Shown here piece after piece: positions 26,617-36,211 of a DNA stretch of 57,236 nt. This DNA comes from Candidatus Burarchaeum australiense (GTDB lineage: Archaea; Micrarchaeota; Micrarchaeia; Burarchaeales; Burarchaeaceae). Position numbers and translations under genes: made by a program. Where the stretch lies: the NCBI GenBank assembly GCA_902386535.1, contig CABMJK010000014.1, forward strand, positions 1 to 57,236. Reading direction: 5' to 3'. Positions within the stretch are counted from its first letter, which is position 1. Every line of letters starts with the position of its first letter. The notes under the pieces are model-generated. The model had not been told where the DNA came from and made no database searches. It saw nothing but the letters and a program-made list of their open reading frames with translations.

Positions 26617-29600
26617 TCAACCACCTGAAGTATTGTAGGGCGGATAGTAGGGCGTTTCGTTGGCCGGCGGCGTAGCGGGCTCTTCGGGAGGCTCCTCAGG
26701 CGCAAGCGGCCCGTAATAATAATAGCCGTCAGCGCACTTCCAGTTGTTGTTCCTGTTCGTCTCATCCACCCGCTTTTCCATGTCAATCACCGCGCAGATG
26801 ATGTAGCCATTGTCAGCCAAGTCCTGCTCGGTCACCTTCTCGGGAGCGCCGCCTTTCAGATATGAATAAGACTCCCCGCCCGCTATGCCCGAGTGCGCCT
26901 GCTCCCCGTTGATCGAGCTGCCGTTCACGGAGCCAAGCCTCACGTCGAACCTGAAGTAGCCGGAGAAGTTCCTGCCGCCGTTCTTTATCACCACGCTAAT
27001 CAGGTGCTGTCCTACGCCGCCCAAATCCTTTGTGAATGAAATGGACTCGATGTAAAGGTCGATACTGGTCCGGGGCGCGCCCGGCTGGAACGAGAATATG
27101 CCTTCATTGTTGTCCTCATTGCTCTCCTCCAGCACGTGGTCGGGGTCAAGTATGAACTCGAACGCATCCCAGCCCTCGTTCACTGTTGTCAGGTGCTTGT
27201 GGTAAACCCACCATTTAACGGGTATTTTCTTGTACGATTCCGGCACAGGCGAGTACAGCTGGGACTTCATGCCGGCGCCCGGCCCTCCGATGATGCCTGC
27301 GCCAGTGCCGTTTGCGCTGCTGCCCGTAAGTGTGTCATCCACGTTGAATGAAGTATTCATTTCCGACCCACCGCGCTCCTTCATTATCTCGTCGTACAGC
27401 GTGCTTTCCCTGAAATTCGCTCCCGCGCCCGAGGCCACTCCGCCCGCCGGCGAACCAACCGGCGCTGCGCCTACGGTGCTATTTTCTCTGTCAAGGCCCG
27501 TCAGATTCAGCGTAATCCACTGCTGATAGGGCGCATCAGATGCCACTGTCCCTTCCTCCCAGCCTATTTTATTTCTGGTCCTAAAGACTCCTTTCGGCGG
27601 GGAAATGTCGCCCACCACGCGCATAACAGCATACGCGTCATACGTATCATACTGCCTTATGTCATCCGGCTTCACGGAAAGCGATTCTATGCCTGCATCC
27701 GGCCGGAAGGCCATTATCACGTACTTCTCGGCGCTCTTCTGCTTGTTCTCCGGGTGCAAGTCGAGCGCGCACACTATCTTGGCGGTTATGTTGTGCATGC
27801 CCTCCGAGTGGGGCGTCCAGTTCACATAGATGGTGCGGGAGCCGCCCCAGGACCAGCTGACGTTTGCAAACTCGGTCGCATTGTCATAGAAGCGCACGCT
27901 CGCATTCGCAGTTATCGGATATGGTGCGAGATACTCCACATCCACCCGTATCACGCCCGGCGCACCGTTCTCAACCATTTTCTCCTCCGGCAACTTGAAA
28001 TATGTAATGGCATATTGGGGGTTGTATACGTAGGCAGTCAGCGAGTCCAAATCTTTTCTTCCCACGGTATCATTCACCATTAGCGTATAGATGTACGTGC
28101 CTTCCTTGGCCTCGCTCCACTGCACCGGCTTCACTGCGCTCCAGTTGCCGATGAAATCGTACGCACCGCCGTTGAAGTTCCACGCGTACTGCGCCAGCGG
28201 ATAATCCTTTCCCACTGACTTGTTCGCATAAACGTAGAATTTCTCGCCCACCAGCACCTCAAAGGGCTTCACATAGCCCGGGCCCCATGCAGCGGCATAG
28301 GGTCCTTCCGAAGCATTCGTTTTCGCGCTCACATCCACCACATCATAATCATCCGGCTTCACGAGGTAGTAGTGGCCGGTCGCGCTCACATTGTATGCGG
28401 CCATTACCATGAAGTAGTATGTGGTGCTCGGCATCAGCCCCGTAACCGTGTAATTGGTCCGCGCAGGGTCGGTTATGAATGCCACGGGCACGCTGCACCT
28501 CGACCTTATGCCATCGTAGCTTATGTGGTTCTGCGAAACGCAGACGACATATGATTCGAAGAACTCGTTCCACACCCTATTCCACTGAAGGGGCACCGAG
28601 TCATGGTCTATCTTCTGCGGCTGCGTTATCTGCGCCCGCGTGCCCTCGAGCGTGCGCGCGTGCACGACAGTTGAGAATCTGGCAGCGCCGAATTTGTCCA
28701 CCGCCGAAACCTGATAGTAGCGGTCCACGCCCGGGTTCAGGTCTATAAATTCAGCAGTTGTCTTCGCCTTGTCCGTTATGTTGTAGAACAAAGTGCGCCC
28801 GCCGCCCGTGGCGTTTGTCCTGTAAACATGATACTCCTTGAAGTCCACGTCCTGGCACTCGTCCCACGCAACGGTGGCCTTTGTGTCGGTCACATCACTC
28901 ACCCACGTCTCGAACTCCGCGGGCGGATAGTTGCTGAAAGTCAGGGAGATATTGTACACGTTATTCTCGTTGAAGAAGTCATAGCCCGAGGAGAGCGTTG
29001 TGCCTTTCGGCCCTGTCCACGTTTGCTCTCCCGTCACTATCAGCGTGAGCGTGTATGCGCGCGGCTGGAACTTGTTGCTGTCAATCACTACAGTCAGCAC
29101 TCCGCCCGAGGGCGCGCCCGCAGGCGCGGGCAGCAGTGTCGTAGTGCTCTGCCCCAGCAAATTGCCGTTCGAATCATAGACATATGCCCGCACCTTCTTC
29201 GCCTCGCCGTGCCCGATGTTCTTCACAGGCACCTTTATCTCGAAATACCTGCCGACTATCGGGGTCGAATACTGCACCTCGCTCGGCTCCAGGCACACGT
29301 CCATCGAATATCTCACGTACATGTTGCCGAGCCTGCCCGCATCCGCCTCGCCGTAGCTCTTGAGCCCCTGCAAGACGGGCTGCATGAGGTTCTGCACGTA
29401 GGGTATTACGCACGCCGAGCCGAGCCCGAACTCCCAGTCATAGGCCTCCCACCCGCCTATCTGTATGATGCCGTCGGGCTGGTACTTGAGCAGCTCATAT
29501 TCCTTCCCAAGGCGCTTCACGAAGCTGTCCTCGCACTGCCAGCTCGCAAGCCCGTCCGAATCCGCTTTCTGCTTCATGCACGACAAGTCGTTCTTGTCCG

Positions 29601-30513
29601 CGGCCGCAAGCGCCGTCATCTCGCTCAGCGAATAGTAGCCGAACCAGCCCTGCCCCGGAGTTTCATTATAGACGTGATAATAGTGCCTGGATGCCATGAG
29701 GTTGCCGTAGCACAGGCTGATGTTCGTGACATCCTGCACATTCGCATACCATTCCATAATGCTGTCAAGCGTTTCGTGCATGAGGTACGCGGTCGCCTGC
29801 AGCACGTCGTCGAAGCTGAGCAGGAAGCCCGCGGGCGCGCCCACAATCACGAAGCCGATGCCGAACAGCTTGTTGGTGATGAGATAGTCTTTTATGACGA
29901 AATCCTTCACCGTCGGGCCGTAGACTGCTTTCACCAGGCCCATCACTACATCAAACTGGCTCTCGCCCTCCTCCACTGCCCCCAAATCATACGCAGCGTC
30001 AAAGTCCGCCTGGCCGATGAAGCTCCTCATCTCGTCCTCGACAACCTGGCCGTAGTAGCTCTTTATGTCATTCTTGTTCCCGTTGTACATCGCCACGTAT
30101 GTATGGTAATAATCCATGTACGCATTTTGGCGCGAGCCGAAGACATCGTCATAGTACTCGAAAGCGTACCCGGGTATGTGGGTTTTCAGTGTGCACACCT
30201 TCGGCTGGGCCGCGGCAGAGCGCATGTCGGGCACGGGCGGCGGCTGGCCGGGCTTCTGCGTGAGCGCGTCAATGTCCTCCAGCACAGCGATGTCGCTTAT
30301 TGCGCCCGACGTCCACTGATCGACGCTGGCCATCTGCAGGTCCTGGGCCGAGGAGGCCACTATGCCGGATGTGCTCTGCCCGCCGGATTCGCCTTCCACC
30401 GGCTCAACCTCCATGTACTGCTCTTCAAGCGTGATTTGGGCAGCCTGCAGTTGGGCAAAAGAGAGCGGGAAAGATATGAGGAGAAGCATGAATGCGCAGA
30501 GCATCCTGTTCAT
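26617..30513 (-). CDS. Large secreted multidomain surface protein (FN3, PKD and CARDB-like domains)
   Basis: 1298 aa with signal peptide; FN3-like DLNPGVDRYYQVSAVD and GLMPSTTYYFMVMA; PKD-like YAWNFNG; CARDB-like ESNEDNN and ETNRNNN. Confidence 0.8.
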   Translation of the reverse strand: MNRMLCAFMLLLISFPLSFAQLQAAQITLEEQYMEVEPVEGESGGQSTSGIVASSAQDLQMASVDQWTSGAISDIAVLEDIDALTQKPGQPPPVPDMRSAAAQPKVCTLKTHIPGYAFEYYDDVFGSRQNAYMDYYHTYVAMYNGNKNDIKSYYGQVVEDEMRSFIGQADFDAAYDLGAVEEGESQFDVVMGLVKAVYGPTVKDFVIKDYLITNKLFGIGFVIVGAPAGFLLSFDDVLQATAYLMHETLDSIMEWYANVQDVTNISLCYGNLMASRHYYHVYNETPGQGWFGYYSLSEMTALAAADKNDLSCMKQKADSDGLASWQCEDSFVKRLGKEYELLKYQPDGIIQIGGWEAYDWEFGLGSACVIPYVQNLMQPVLQGLKSYGEADAGRLGNMYVRYSMDVCLEPSEVQYSTPIVGRYFEIKVPVKNIGHGEAKKVRAYVYDSNGNLLGQSTTTLLPAPAGAPSGGVLTVVIDSNKFQPRAYTLTLIVTGEQTWTGPKGTTLSSGYDFFNENNVYNISLTFSNYPPAEFETWVSDVTDTKATVAWDECQDVDFKEYHVYRTNATGGGRTLFYNITDKAKTTAEFIDLNPGVDRYYQVSAVDKFGAARFSTVVHARTLEGTRAQITQPQKIDHDSVPLQWNRVWNEFFESYVVCVSQNHISYDGIRSRCSVPVAFITDPARTNYTVTGLMPSTTYYFMVMAAYNVSATGHYYLVKPDDYDVVDVSAKTNASEGPYAAAWGPGYVKPFEVLVGEKFYVYANKSVGKDYPLAQYAWNFNGGAYDFIGNWSAVKPVQWSEAKEGTYIYTLMVNDTVGRKDLDSLTAYVYNPQYAITYFKLPEEKMVENGAPGVIRVDVEYLAPYPITANASVRFYDNATEFANVSWSWGGSRTIYVNWTPHSEGMHNITAKIVCALDLHPENKQKSAEKYVIMAFRPDAGIESLSVKPDDIRQYDTYDAYAVMRVVGDISPPKGVFRTRNKIGWEEGTVASDAPYQQWITLNLTGLDRENSTVGAAPVGSPAGGVASGAGANFRESTLYDEIMKERGGSEMNTSFNVDDTLTGSSANGTGAGIIGGPGAGMKSQLYSPVPESYKKIPVKWWVYHKHLTTVNEGWDAFEFILDPDHVLEESNEDNNEGIFSFQPGAPRTSIDLYIESISFTKDLGGVGQHLISVVIKNGGRNFSGYFRFDVRLGSVNGSSINGEQAHSGIAGGESYSYLKGGAPEKVTEQDLADNGYIICAVIDMEKRVDETNRNNNWKCADGYYYYGPLAPEEPPEEPATPPANETPYYPPYNTSGG

Positions 30514-30594
30514 GGCTGGCTATCATGGCAATCGTTTATAAATTTTCATCCAGCCCGTGACCCCGCGGCAGCGCCATCCGGTGCCTGCGCGAGC

Positions 30595-31176
30595 CTAGCA
30601 CCGCGATGCATATGCTAGCAGGATTCCGCCCAATATGATGGTAGCACCGGGGCATCCTCCCAGTCCGGCCGTTGACGAGGGCTGGTATGTCTTGTTCTCC
30701 CCGGTTGAGGGCTTGGTGGCTGGCGGCGGCTGTGCCGTTGAAGCAGGTGTTTGGGGCGCGGGCATCTGCGGCCCGGCATCGGAGGTTGACTTCGAGCCTT
30801 TCACGCACACCGTGATGGGCCATTCACGCACGTTATCGCCCGAGCGCGCAACCATCGTGCACGTCCCTGTGGCATCCGTCTCGCTCACAGCCTGCACGCT
30901 CACGGTGGCATAATGCCTGGCGTCAATGTGAAGAAAGAACGGGTCCGAGGGAAAGCCTACGAAAGGCGAGGTGCACTCCGGCACCACTATGACGTTGCCA
31001 GAAGCCTCGCCGATGTTCTCGACCTTCACTTGGAACTCGGTCTCCTCGCCGCTCTGCAAGCACTCGGGTGCCGTGGAATATGTCACCTCCCTTATTGCGG
31101 GGTCGGGTGATTCGGAAGAATATGCAAAAACAAGGCCAGCCAGCATGCACGCAAGCAGCAAAGCAATTCCCTTCAT
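30595..31176 (-). CDS. Surface protein with Ig/CARDB-like domain and a Cys-containing C-terminal sorting-like tail
   Basis: Signal peptide; VKVENIGEASG; P/T/S linker; GGCPGATIILGGILLAYASRC terminus. Confidence 0.7.
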   Translation of the reverse strand: MKGIALLLACMLAGLVFAYSSESPDPAIREVTYSTAPECLQSGEETEFQVKVENIGEASGNVIVVPECTSPFVGFPSDPFFLHIDARHYATVSVQAVSETDATGTCTMVARSGDNVREWPITVCVKGSKSTSDAGPQMPAPQTPASTAQPPPATKPSTGENKTYQPSSTAGLGGCPGATIILGGILLAYASRC

Positions 31177-31180
31177 GCAC

Positions 31181-31486
31181 TCACCTCTTCGCCGTCGCAT
31201 CTTCGCGCATGATGACTTTCACTATTGCGAAGACCACGAGCGCTATTATGGCGAAGTCTATCAAAGCGCCGACAAAATCGCCTATCAGGAACTTGACTGG
31301 TCCGAGCTGCAGGGTTGCGGTGCGCCAGTCGCCGCCCGGCGCGAGCACCCCGACTATGGGCATGATAATGTCGGTCACGAGCGAGGTCACCAATTTGGTC
31401 GAGGCAGCGCCAATGATGAACGCGACCGCCAGCCCCAGAACTTGATACTTCTTCAGGAAATCCATGAACTCGGATGCCATGCCCAC
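31181..31486 (-). CDS. mscL: Large-conductance mechanosensitive channel family protein
   Basis: EFMDFL..VLGLAVAFIIGAA..LVTSLVTDIIMP..GDFVGALIDFAIIA. Confidence 0.92.
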   Translation of the reverse strand: MGMASEFMDFLKKYQVLGLAVAFIIGAASTKLVTSLVTDIIMPIVGVLAPGGDWRTATLQLGPVKFLIGDFVGALIDFAIIALVVFAIVKVIMREDATAKR

Positions 31487-31505
31487 GCTACCACCTCTTG
31501 TTTTT

Positions 31506-32123
31506 TCAACTGCTCGAGCAGTTTTCTTCCCACACGCGCAGGCACTTCTGCTTCTCCTCGCACCATGAATAGCCTGCCGAGCCTATGCAGCCATGCGCAT
31601 CAGTGTCGTTGCCGACCATCTGCCCTGTGCAGTTCTCCTCCCATATCCTGATGCACTTCTGGCTCGACTCGCACCACGAGTATCCTGCAGAACCAATGCA
31701 TCCGTGCTCATCCCTGTCAGAACCGGGCATCGGCGAGGCCGTTGCATTGCAAATGTCAACTTGAGCGCAGTTCGAGCCCAGAGTGAGCTGCTTGCACTCC
31801 GCGCTCATCGAGTCGGGCCCCACGACCGGGCAGCTTACCTGCGTCCCGTCGGCCTTATAGTAGGTGGTGCCGCCCCCGAGCAGCGAGCTCACGACGCCGA
31901 AGTAGTTGCCGCAAACGTAAACCATCGCAACGTTGGCCTGGCCGCAGAACGCCTGGGCCTGCTCCTCCACCGTCTTGACAGGCACGCTGGGCTGGGAAGC
32001 TGGCGGAGTGGCGGGCGCCTGGGGCTGGGATGCAGGAGGCGCCTGCTGCCCGCAACCCGCGAGAAGAACGAGCGAAAACACGAAGATAAGAACGAACCAC
32101 TTTGCACCAGCCATCGGCATCAC
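31506..32123 (-). CDS. Lipoprotein with two Cys-rich repeats
   Basis: LLAGC lipobox; two copies of GxDxDxHGCIGSAGYSWC....KCxRxWEENC. Confidence 0.8.
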   Translation of the reverse strand: MMPMAGAKWFVLIFVFSLVLLAGCGQQAPPASQPQAPATPPASQPSVPVKTVEEQAQAFCGQANVAMVYVCGNYFGVVSSLLGGGTTYYKADGTQVSCPVVGPDSMSAECKQLTLGSNCAQVDICNATASPMPGSDRDEHGCIGSAGYSWCESSQKCIRIWEENCTGQMVGNDTDAHGCIGSAGYSWCEEKQKCLRVWEENCSSS

Positions 32124-32243
32124 CGCCTTGGAATCTGCGTGCGGCTTTATAATTATTGCGCGAATTCAACTTGGCAAAGCACTTTGCAGTGCAAAGCTTT
32201 ATATAGTTTGGCGTTCCTTATGGGGGTGCGAACGCAAAAGGTG

Positions 32244-32870
32244 ATGGGGATGCAAAACAACATCGATTTGGTTGAAATAAGGCGGAAGGCGTACATGTCC
32301 GTCTTCGAGGACGGGCTGCTCGACATCTGCCTCGGGGCATGGTTCATACTCTTCGGCCTCATGACGCTCGTGGGCGCATCAGTTTTCATGGTGTTCCTCT
32401 ACTTCCTCATCGCGCCCGCGTGGTATGCCGGCAAGCGGCTCATAACCGTGCCGCGCGCGGGGCTCGTGAAGTTCCCGCCCAAGAGCATGAGCAAGGAGCA
32501 GGCAAGGAATCGGATGCTGGCCGCCGCGGTGCTGGGCGCCGTGATAGCCGCGATGACAATGTGGCTCTTCAGCGCGCTTTCCAAGGCCTCCTCCTTCAGC
32601 GAGTTCTTCTTCGTGGGCCAGATGTTCGTGGTCCTGCTGCTGGTGGGCACGGTGGCCCTGAAGCTCTGGCGCATCCTGCTCTACGCGGCAGTCACCGAGG
32701 CCGCGGTGCTGTACCTGGAATTCGCGACCAGCCTGCCAGAAGTGCAGAAGGAGACCATATTCTTCGGCGTGATGGGCTCGGCAATCGTGCTGGGCGGCCT
32801 CTGGTTTTTAATGCGCTTCCTGCAGAAAAACCCGCTGCCCGCAGAGGGAATGAAATATGGCGAAGCTTGA
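32244..32870 (+). CDS. Multi-pass membrane protein
   Basis: 3' part of ORF 31593..32870: EDGLLDICLG, KRLITVPRAG, about six TM helices; overlaps the regulator gene. Confidence 0.75.
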   Translation: MGMQNNIDLVEIRRKAYMSVFEDGLLDICLGAWFILFGLMTLVGASVFMVFLYFLIAPAWYAGKRLITVPRAGLVKFPPKSMSKEQARNRMLAAAVLGAVIAAMTMWLFSALSKASSFSEFFFVGQMFVVLLLVGTVALKLWRILLYAAVTEAAVLYLEFATSLPEVQKETIFFGVMGSAIVLGGLWFLMRFLQKNPLPAEGMKYGEA

Positions 32871-33222
32871 AAAAGGAAGGGAAGCGAATGCCGCGGCCAG
32901 GGCTGAAAAAGGCAGGAAAGAAGCCAAGGCAATAGCGAAGATAGACCGGCTCATCCACGAGCCTGCGCGCCTGAACGTGATGGCCCACCTCTTCGTGGTC
33001 GAGGGCGCGGACTTCCTCTTCCTCATGCGCCAGACCAACCTGACCTTCGGCAACCTGTCATCGCATTTGAGCAAGCTCGAGGCAGCCGGCTATTTGCAGG
33101 TGAAGAAGGAGTTCGTGGAGAAGAAGCCGCACACCATGCTCAGTCTCACGAAGAAGGGCAGGGCCGCCTTCCAGACCTACACCGGGAACATGAAAAAGGT
33201 TTTTGCCGAGCTGCCCAAGTGA
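32857..33222 (+). CDS. Winged-HTH transcriptional regulator (ArsR/MarR-like)
   Basis: IHEPARLNVMAHL...LTFGNLSSHLSKLEAAGY...LSLTKKGR. Confidence 0.9.
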   Translation: MAKLEKGREANAAARAEKGRKEAKAIAKIDRLIHEPARLNVMAHLFVVEGADFLFLMRQTNLTFGNLSSHLSKLEAAGYLQVKKEFVEKKPHTMLSLTKKGRAAFQTYTGNMKKVFAELPK

Positions 33223-33225
33223 GCG

Positions 33226-33825
33226 CTAATACTTCAAGGATGCAATCCTTTCCGCTTCCTTGCAAACCTCCCGGTCCTTAATCACGATGCTGGCCCTTTT
33301 TGCTATATTCCCTGCACGGCTTATTATCAGACTGCGCTTCAGCGACATGAATCTGCGCAGGTCTTCCAACAATATGCCTTCGAGCGCACCCACGATGAGC
33401 GCCGAGGCCTCTCTGTTCGCGGTCCAATACTCAAACTCAGGTGACTTTTTGTTTATGAGCTCCTCCAGCACGTCCATGCACTCCGCAGGATGCCTGCTCA
33501 CCTCGGCAATTATGGCCTCGCGGCTCTGGGTTTCCTCCCACTTGTAGCTGGCCAGAAATTCCTTCAGGTCAATCCTTTTCGTTTGCACTGGCGGCTTAGG
33601 TTCAAAGCCGTCAAACGCAGCCCTTATGCACTCCCTTATCACTCCCCTCTTCACGCGCGGGGAGGCAAAGGCAACGACCGTCGGCATGTGCCTGTGAAAG
33701 AACGTTCTTCCCAACCGGGTCCGCAGGAACATTTCCGTGCGCACTTCTTTTGAAATTAAATTATTCGGAATAATCGTAGTGCTTTCCATGACTCCACCTT
33801 GCCACCAGTCAAACTTGTTGCTCAT
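33226..33825 (-). CDS. Hypothetical protein (start may be 33789)
   Basis: ORF filling the gap between plus-strand genes; no motif. Confidence 0.5.
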   Translation of the reverse strand: MSNKFDWWQGGVMESTTIIPNNLISKEVRTEMFLRTRLGRTFFHRHMPTVVAFASPRVKRGVIRECIRAAFDGFEPKPPVQTKRIDLKEFLASYKWEETQSREAIIAEVSRHPAECMDVLEELINKKSPEFEYWTANREASALIVGALEGILLEDLRRFMSLKRSLIISRAGNIAKRASIVIKDREVCKEAERIASLKY

Positions 33826-33909
33826 TTGAGATTTTTAAACTCTGCAGCCCGCCTTGAGGCGCAAAACTATAAATATCCTGTCTTCCATCGCCTTTCCGAG
33901 GTGTTGTCC

Positions 33910-34461
33910 ATGCCCAGGAAAGCTTCATCAAAGTCCGCGGCCTTCAAGCCGACAAGCGTTTATTCAGGCCCGAGGGGCACCACTGACACCGACTATTCTT
34001 CCTATGCCGGCTCGCGCCTGGACTGGCACACGCTGAAAATCTTTATTCTGGGCGCGCTGGCCTTCACCGTGATTTCTTTCATAGTTCACATGGCGGGAGC
34101 CATGGTCGACATGGGCTATTACATGATGCCCGCGTATTTCAGCGTCTGGAGCCCGCTCATGATGCCGATTGCAGGCCCGCCTCCCATCGAGTTCACCTAC
34201 GCCTCGCTGCTCTTCGGCTTCATAACCGGCGCCATCTTCGTCTACTGCTACACGCTCGTAAGGCGCGCCATGCCCGGCAATAACTGGCTGTCAAAGGGCC
34301 TGAACTACGGCATGTTCGTCATGCTGCTTGCCGGCCTGCCAACCTATATGAGCATGACCCTGCTCATCAACCTGCCGCAGGGCCTACTGGTCTCGTGGCT
34401 TGTGCAGAGCTTCATCACCTACGAGCTGGCAGGCATGGCCGCTGCAAGGTTTGCGCGGTGA
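33910..34461 (+). CDS. Four-TM membrane protein
   Basis: Hydrophobic helices, KGLNYG motif, GAGGTG RBS upstream of ATG 33910. Confidence 0.75.
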   Translation: MPRKASSKSAAFKPTSVYSGPRGTTDTDYSSYAGSRLDWHTLKIFILGALAFTVISFIVHMAGAMVDMGYYMMPAYFSVWSPLMMPIAGPPPIEFTYASLLFGFITGAIFVYCYTLVRRAMPGNNWLSKGLNYGMFVMLLAGLPTYMSMTLLINLPQGLLVSWLVQSFITYELAGMAAARFAR

Positions 34462-34470
34462 TCGCAAGGC

Positions 34471-34728
34471 CTACTGACCGGCGCCCATGTAGCGCATCTT
34501 CCTGCTCATCATCCACAGGCCCACCAGGATTACGACCAGCGGTATGAAAGGCAGGTTCACGTTCCACCAGTACATGTCATTGCCCAACCACACGACGCCC
34601 AGCAGGAAGATCAGCACGCCGAAAAATATGCCGCCTCCCCCTCGCCTGTGGCACCTGCAGTCGCAATCCTTGCCCTCATGGCATTCGCACTCGCATTTCT
34701 CCCCGCTCATTTTCTCCATTCTTGCCAT
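34471..34728 (-). CDS. Small membrane protein with Cys/His-rich N terminus
   Basis: CECECHEGKDCDCRCH followed by two TM helices (LiaF/LiaI-like pattern). Confidence 0.65.
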   Translation of the reverse strand: MARMEKMSGEKCECECHEGKDCDCRCHRRGGGGIFFGVLIFLLGVVWLGNDMYWWNVNLPFIPLVVILVGLWMMSRKMRYMGAGQ

Positions 34729-34756
34729 TTTCTCACCTCACGGAGTTTTCCCTCTT

Positions 34757-35992
34757 CTATCCTTCCTTATTGCACCCCATGTCCGCCAGCTCCAAGTAAA
34801 CGGATGAGAACTTCCCTGGCGTGGGCGGGCCCCTGATTCCTACTGCAAAGCGCGTGAAGAAAACTTTCGAGGCGCCTGCTGAAAGCGCCCCTTCAGTGCT
34901 GGACTTTACCGCAGCATCCGTGCTGGCCTCGCCATATTCCGCTTCCGTCACCCAAATCGGCCTTGAAATGCCCCGCTCGGTGAAAAGCGCCTTGAAGGGC
35001 TTGACATTCAGAGAGGCTAGGTCGCCGTTATTGATGTAATGTATGTTGGCAATGTCGAAATAGTCCGCGGCGCCGGCATCCAGCTGGCCTGCCCAATAGT
35101 CGAGCATGTATTGCTCGGTGCCCGCCGCGCCCGCCTGCACGATCTTGCACTCCGGGCAGGCCTCTTTTATGGCCTTGCTGCTCGCCTTCAGGACTTCGAG
35201 ATAGTCTGATGCAGTGCCTTTGAAGAACGTGAGCTCGCCCGACTGCATCTCGGGCTCGTTCAGCACTTCCCAGTAGCGCACGGGCAGCACCAGGCCGGGC
35301 ATGTCGTCCACGCCATCTCCGTCATACCTTTCAGCCAGCGCGCGCAGGAAAGCGGAATATTTGTCCATGTCGCAGGGCTTGCACCGCGAGTTCGGTATTT
35401 CGGAATTGTAGAACGTGTCGGCAGGCCCGACCTCGCACGCTGATGCCTGCCTGCACTTTGCCTGGTCCCAGTCCGCGAAGGGCCAGATGGTGCCGAGCAG
35501 CAGGACCCCGTTGTCCTGCGCGGCCTTCACGTATCTGTCGGCCTGCGAGAAATCAAACTCGCCATCCTTCTTCTCAATCATGCCCCACGCGAACGGGCCC
35601 GGATGCGGCCTTTCCCAGGCCACGCCAATCTGCTTCTCCATCATGGCCTCATTAGGCGAGCCTATCACGAAGCCAAGGCACCGGGGCTCGGCGGCTGCGA
35701 ACGCATTCAAATCAGCGGTCGAGATGTTTGCGGGCGGAGAAGGCGGCGTGGTTTGAGCAGGAGGCGGCGTTTGCGCCGGTGGTTGTGCGGGCGGAGTTGC
35801 GGGTTGCTGAGGCGGCGCCTGTGCGGGTGCCTGTTGTGCGGGCGTTTGAGTCTGTGAAGGCGGCTGGGTTTGCGGTGAGCTAGGCGGCTGCTGGACAGGT
35901 GTTTGCGATGGAGGCGCGGGCTGCGAAGGGCAGCCTGCGAGCAAAAGCAGGAAAATGAGCGAAAATGCGAGCAAAAGCGCGTGCAGGTGCAT
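34757..35992 (-). CDS. Lipoprotein glycoside hydrolase (clan GH-A, GH39/GH5-like)
   Basis: LLAGC lipobox, P/Q linker, acid/base WEVLNEP, IANIHY, nucleophile IWVTE. Confidence 0.8.
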   Translation of the reverse strand: MHLHALLLAFSLIFLLLLAGCPSQPAPPSQTPVQQPPSSPQTQPPSQTQTPAQQAPAQAPPQQPATPPAQPPAQTPPPAQTTPPSPPANISTADLNAFAAAEPRCLGFVIGSPNEAMMEKQIGVAWERPHPGPFAWGMIEKKDGEFDFSQADRYVKAAQDNGVLLLGTIWPFADWDQAKCRQASACEVGPADTFYNSEIPNSRCKPCDMDKYSAFLRALAERYDGDGVDDMPGLVLPVRYWEVLNEPEMQSGELTFFKGTASDYLEVLKASSKAIKEACPECKIVQAGAAGTEQYMLDYWAGQLDAGAADYFDIANIHYINNGDLASLNVKPFKALFTERGISRPIWVTEAEYGEASTDAAVKSSTEGALSAGASKVFFTRFAVGIRGPPTPGKFSSVYLELADMGCNKEG

Positions 35993-36063
35993 GAAAGGCC
36001 ATCGCCCAGGCCCTATAAATAGCTTGCCTTTCCGGCCGAAAGCGCCCGGAACCTCGACGCTAG

Positions 36064-36072
36064 ATATAAATA
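36064..36072 (+). promoter_or_regulatory. Putative TATA box for smc
   Basis: ATATAAATA in a GC-rich intergenic region, implying a ~115-nt structured 5' leader. Confidence 0.45.
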
Positions 36073-36097
36073 CCCCCTCAGGTCAAAACTGGGCAGG

Positions 36098-36204
36098 CCC
36101 ACTTTCTCTACGGAGAAAGGGGCCCCTTTACGTCCGCTTTACGCAAAGCGTAAAGGGATCCCTTTCTGCCTCGGGGCAGAAAGAGGACGGATACGTAAAG
36201 AGGG
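36098..36204. repeat. Two nested family A elements upstream of smc
   Basis: Outer CCCA-CTTTCTC-TACG-GAGAAAG-GGGCCC-CTTTACGT[...]ACGTAAAG-AGGG; inner (36134-36186) CCG-CTTTACGC-AAA-GCGTAAAG-GGATCC-CTTTCTGCC-TCGG-GGCAGAAAG-AGG. Confidence 0.85.
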
Positions 36205-36211
36205 CGATCGG

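Noticed and set aside
36028..36044. CTTTC-CGGCC-GAAAG half element upstream of smc
   Set aside because: 5-bp stem only; too short to assign to family A.
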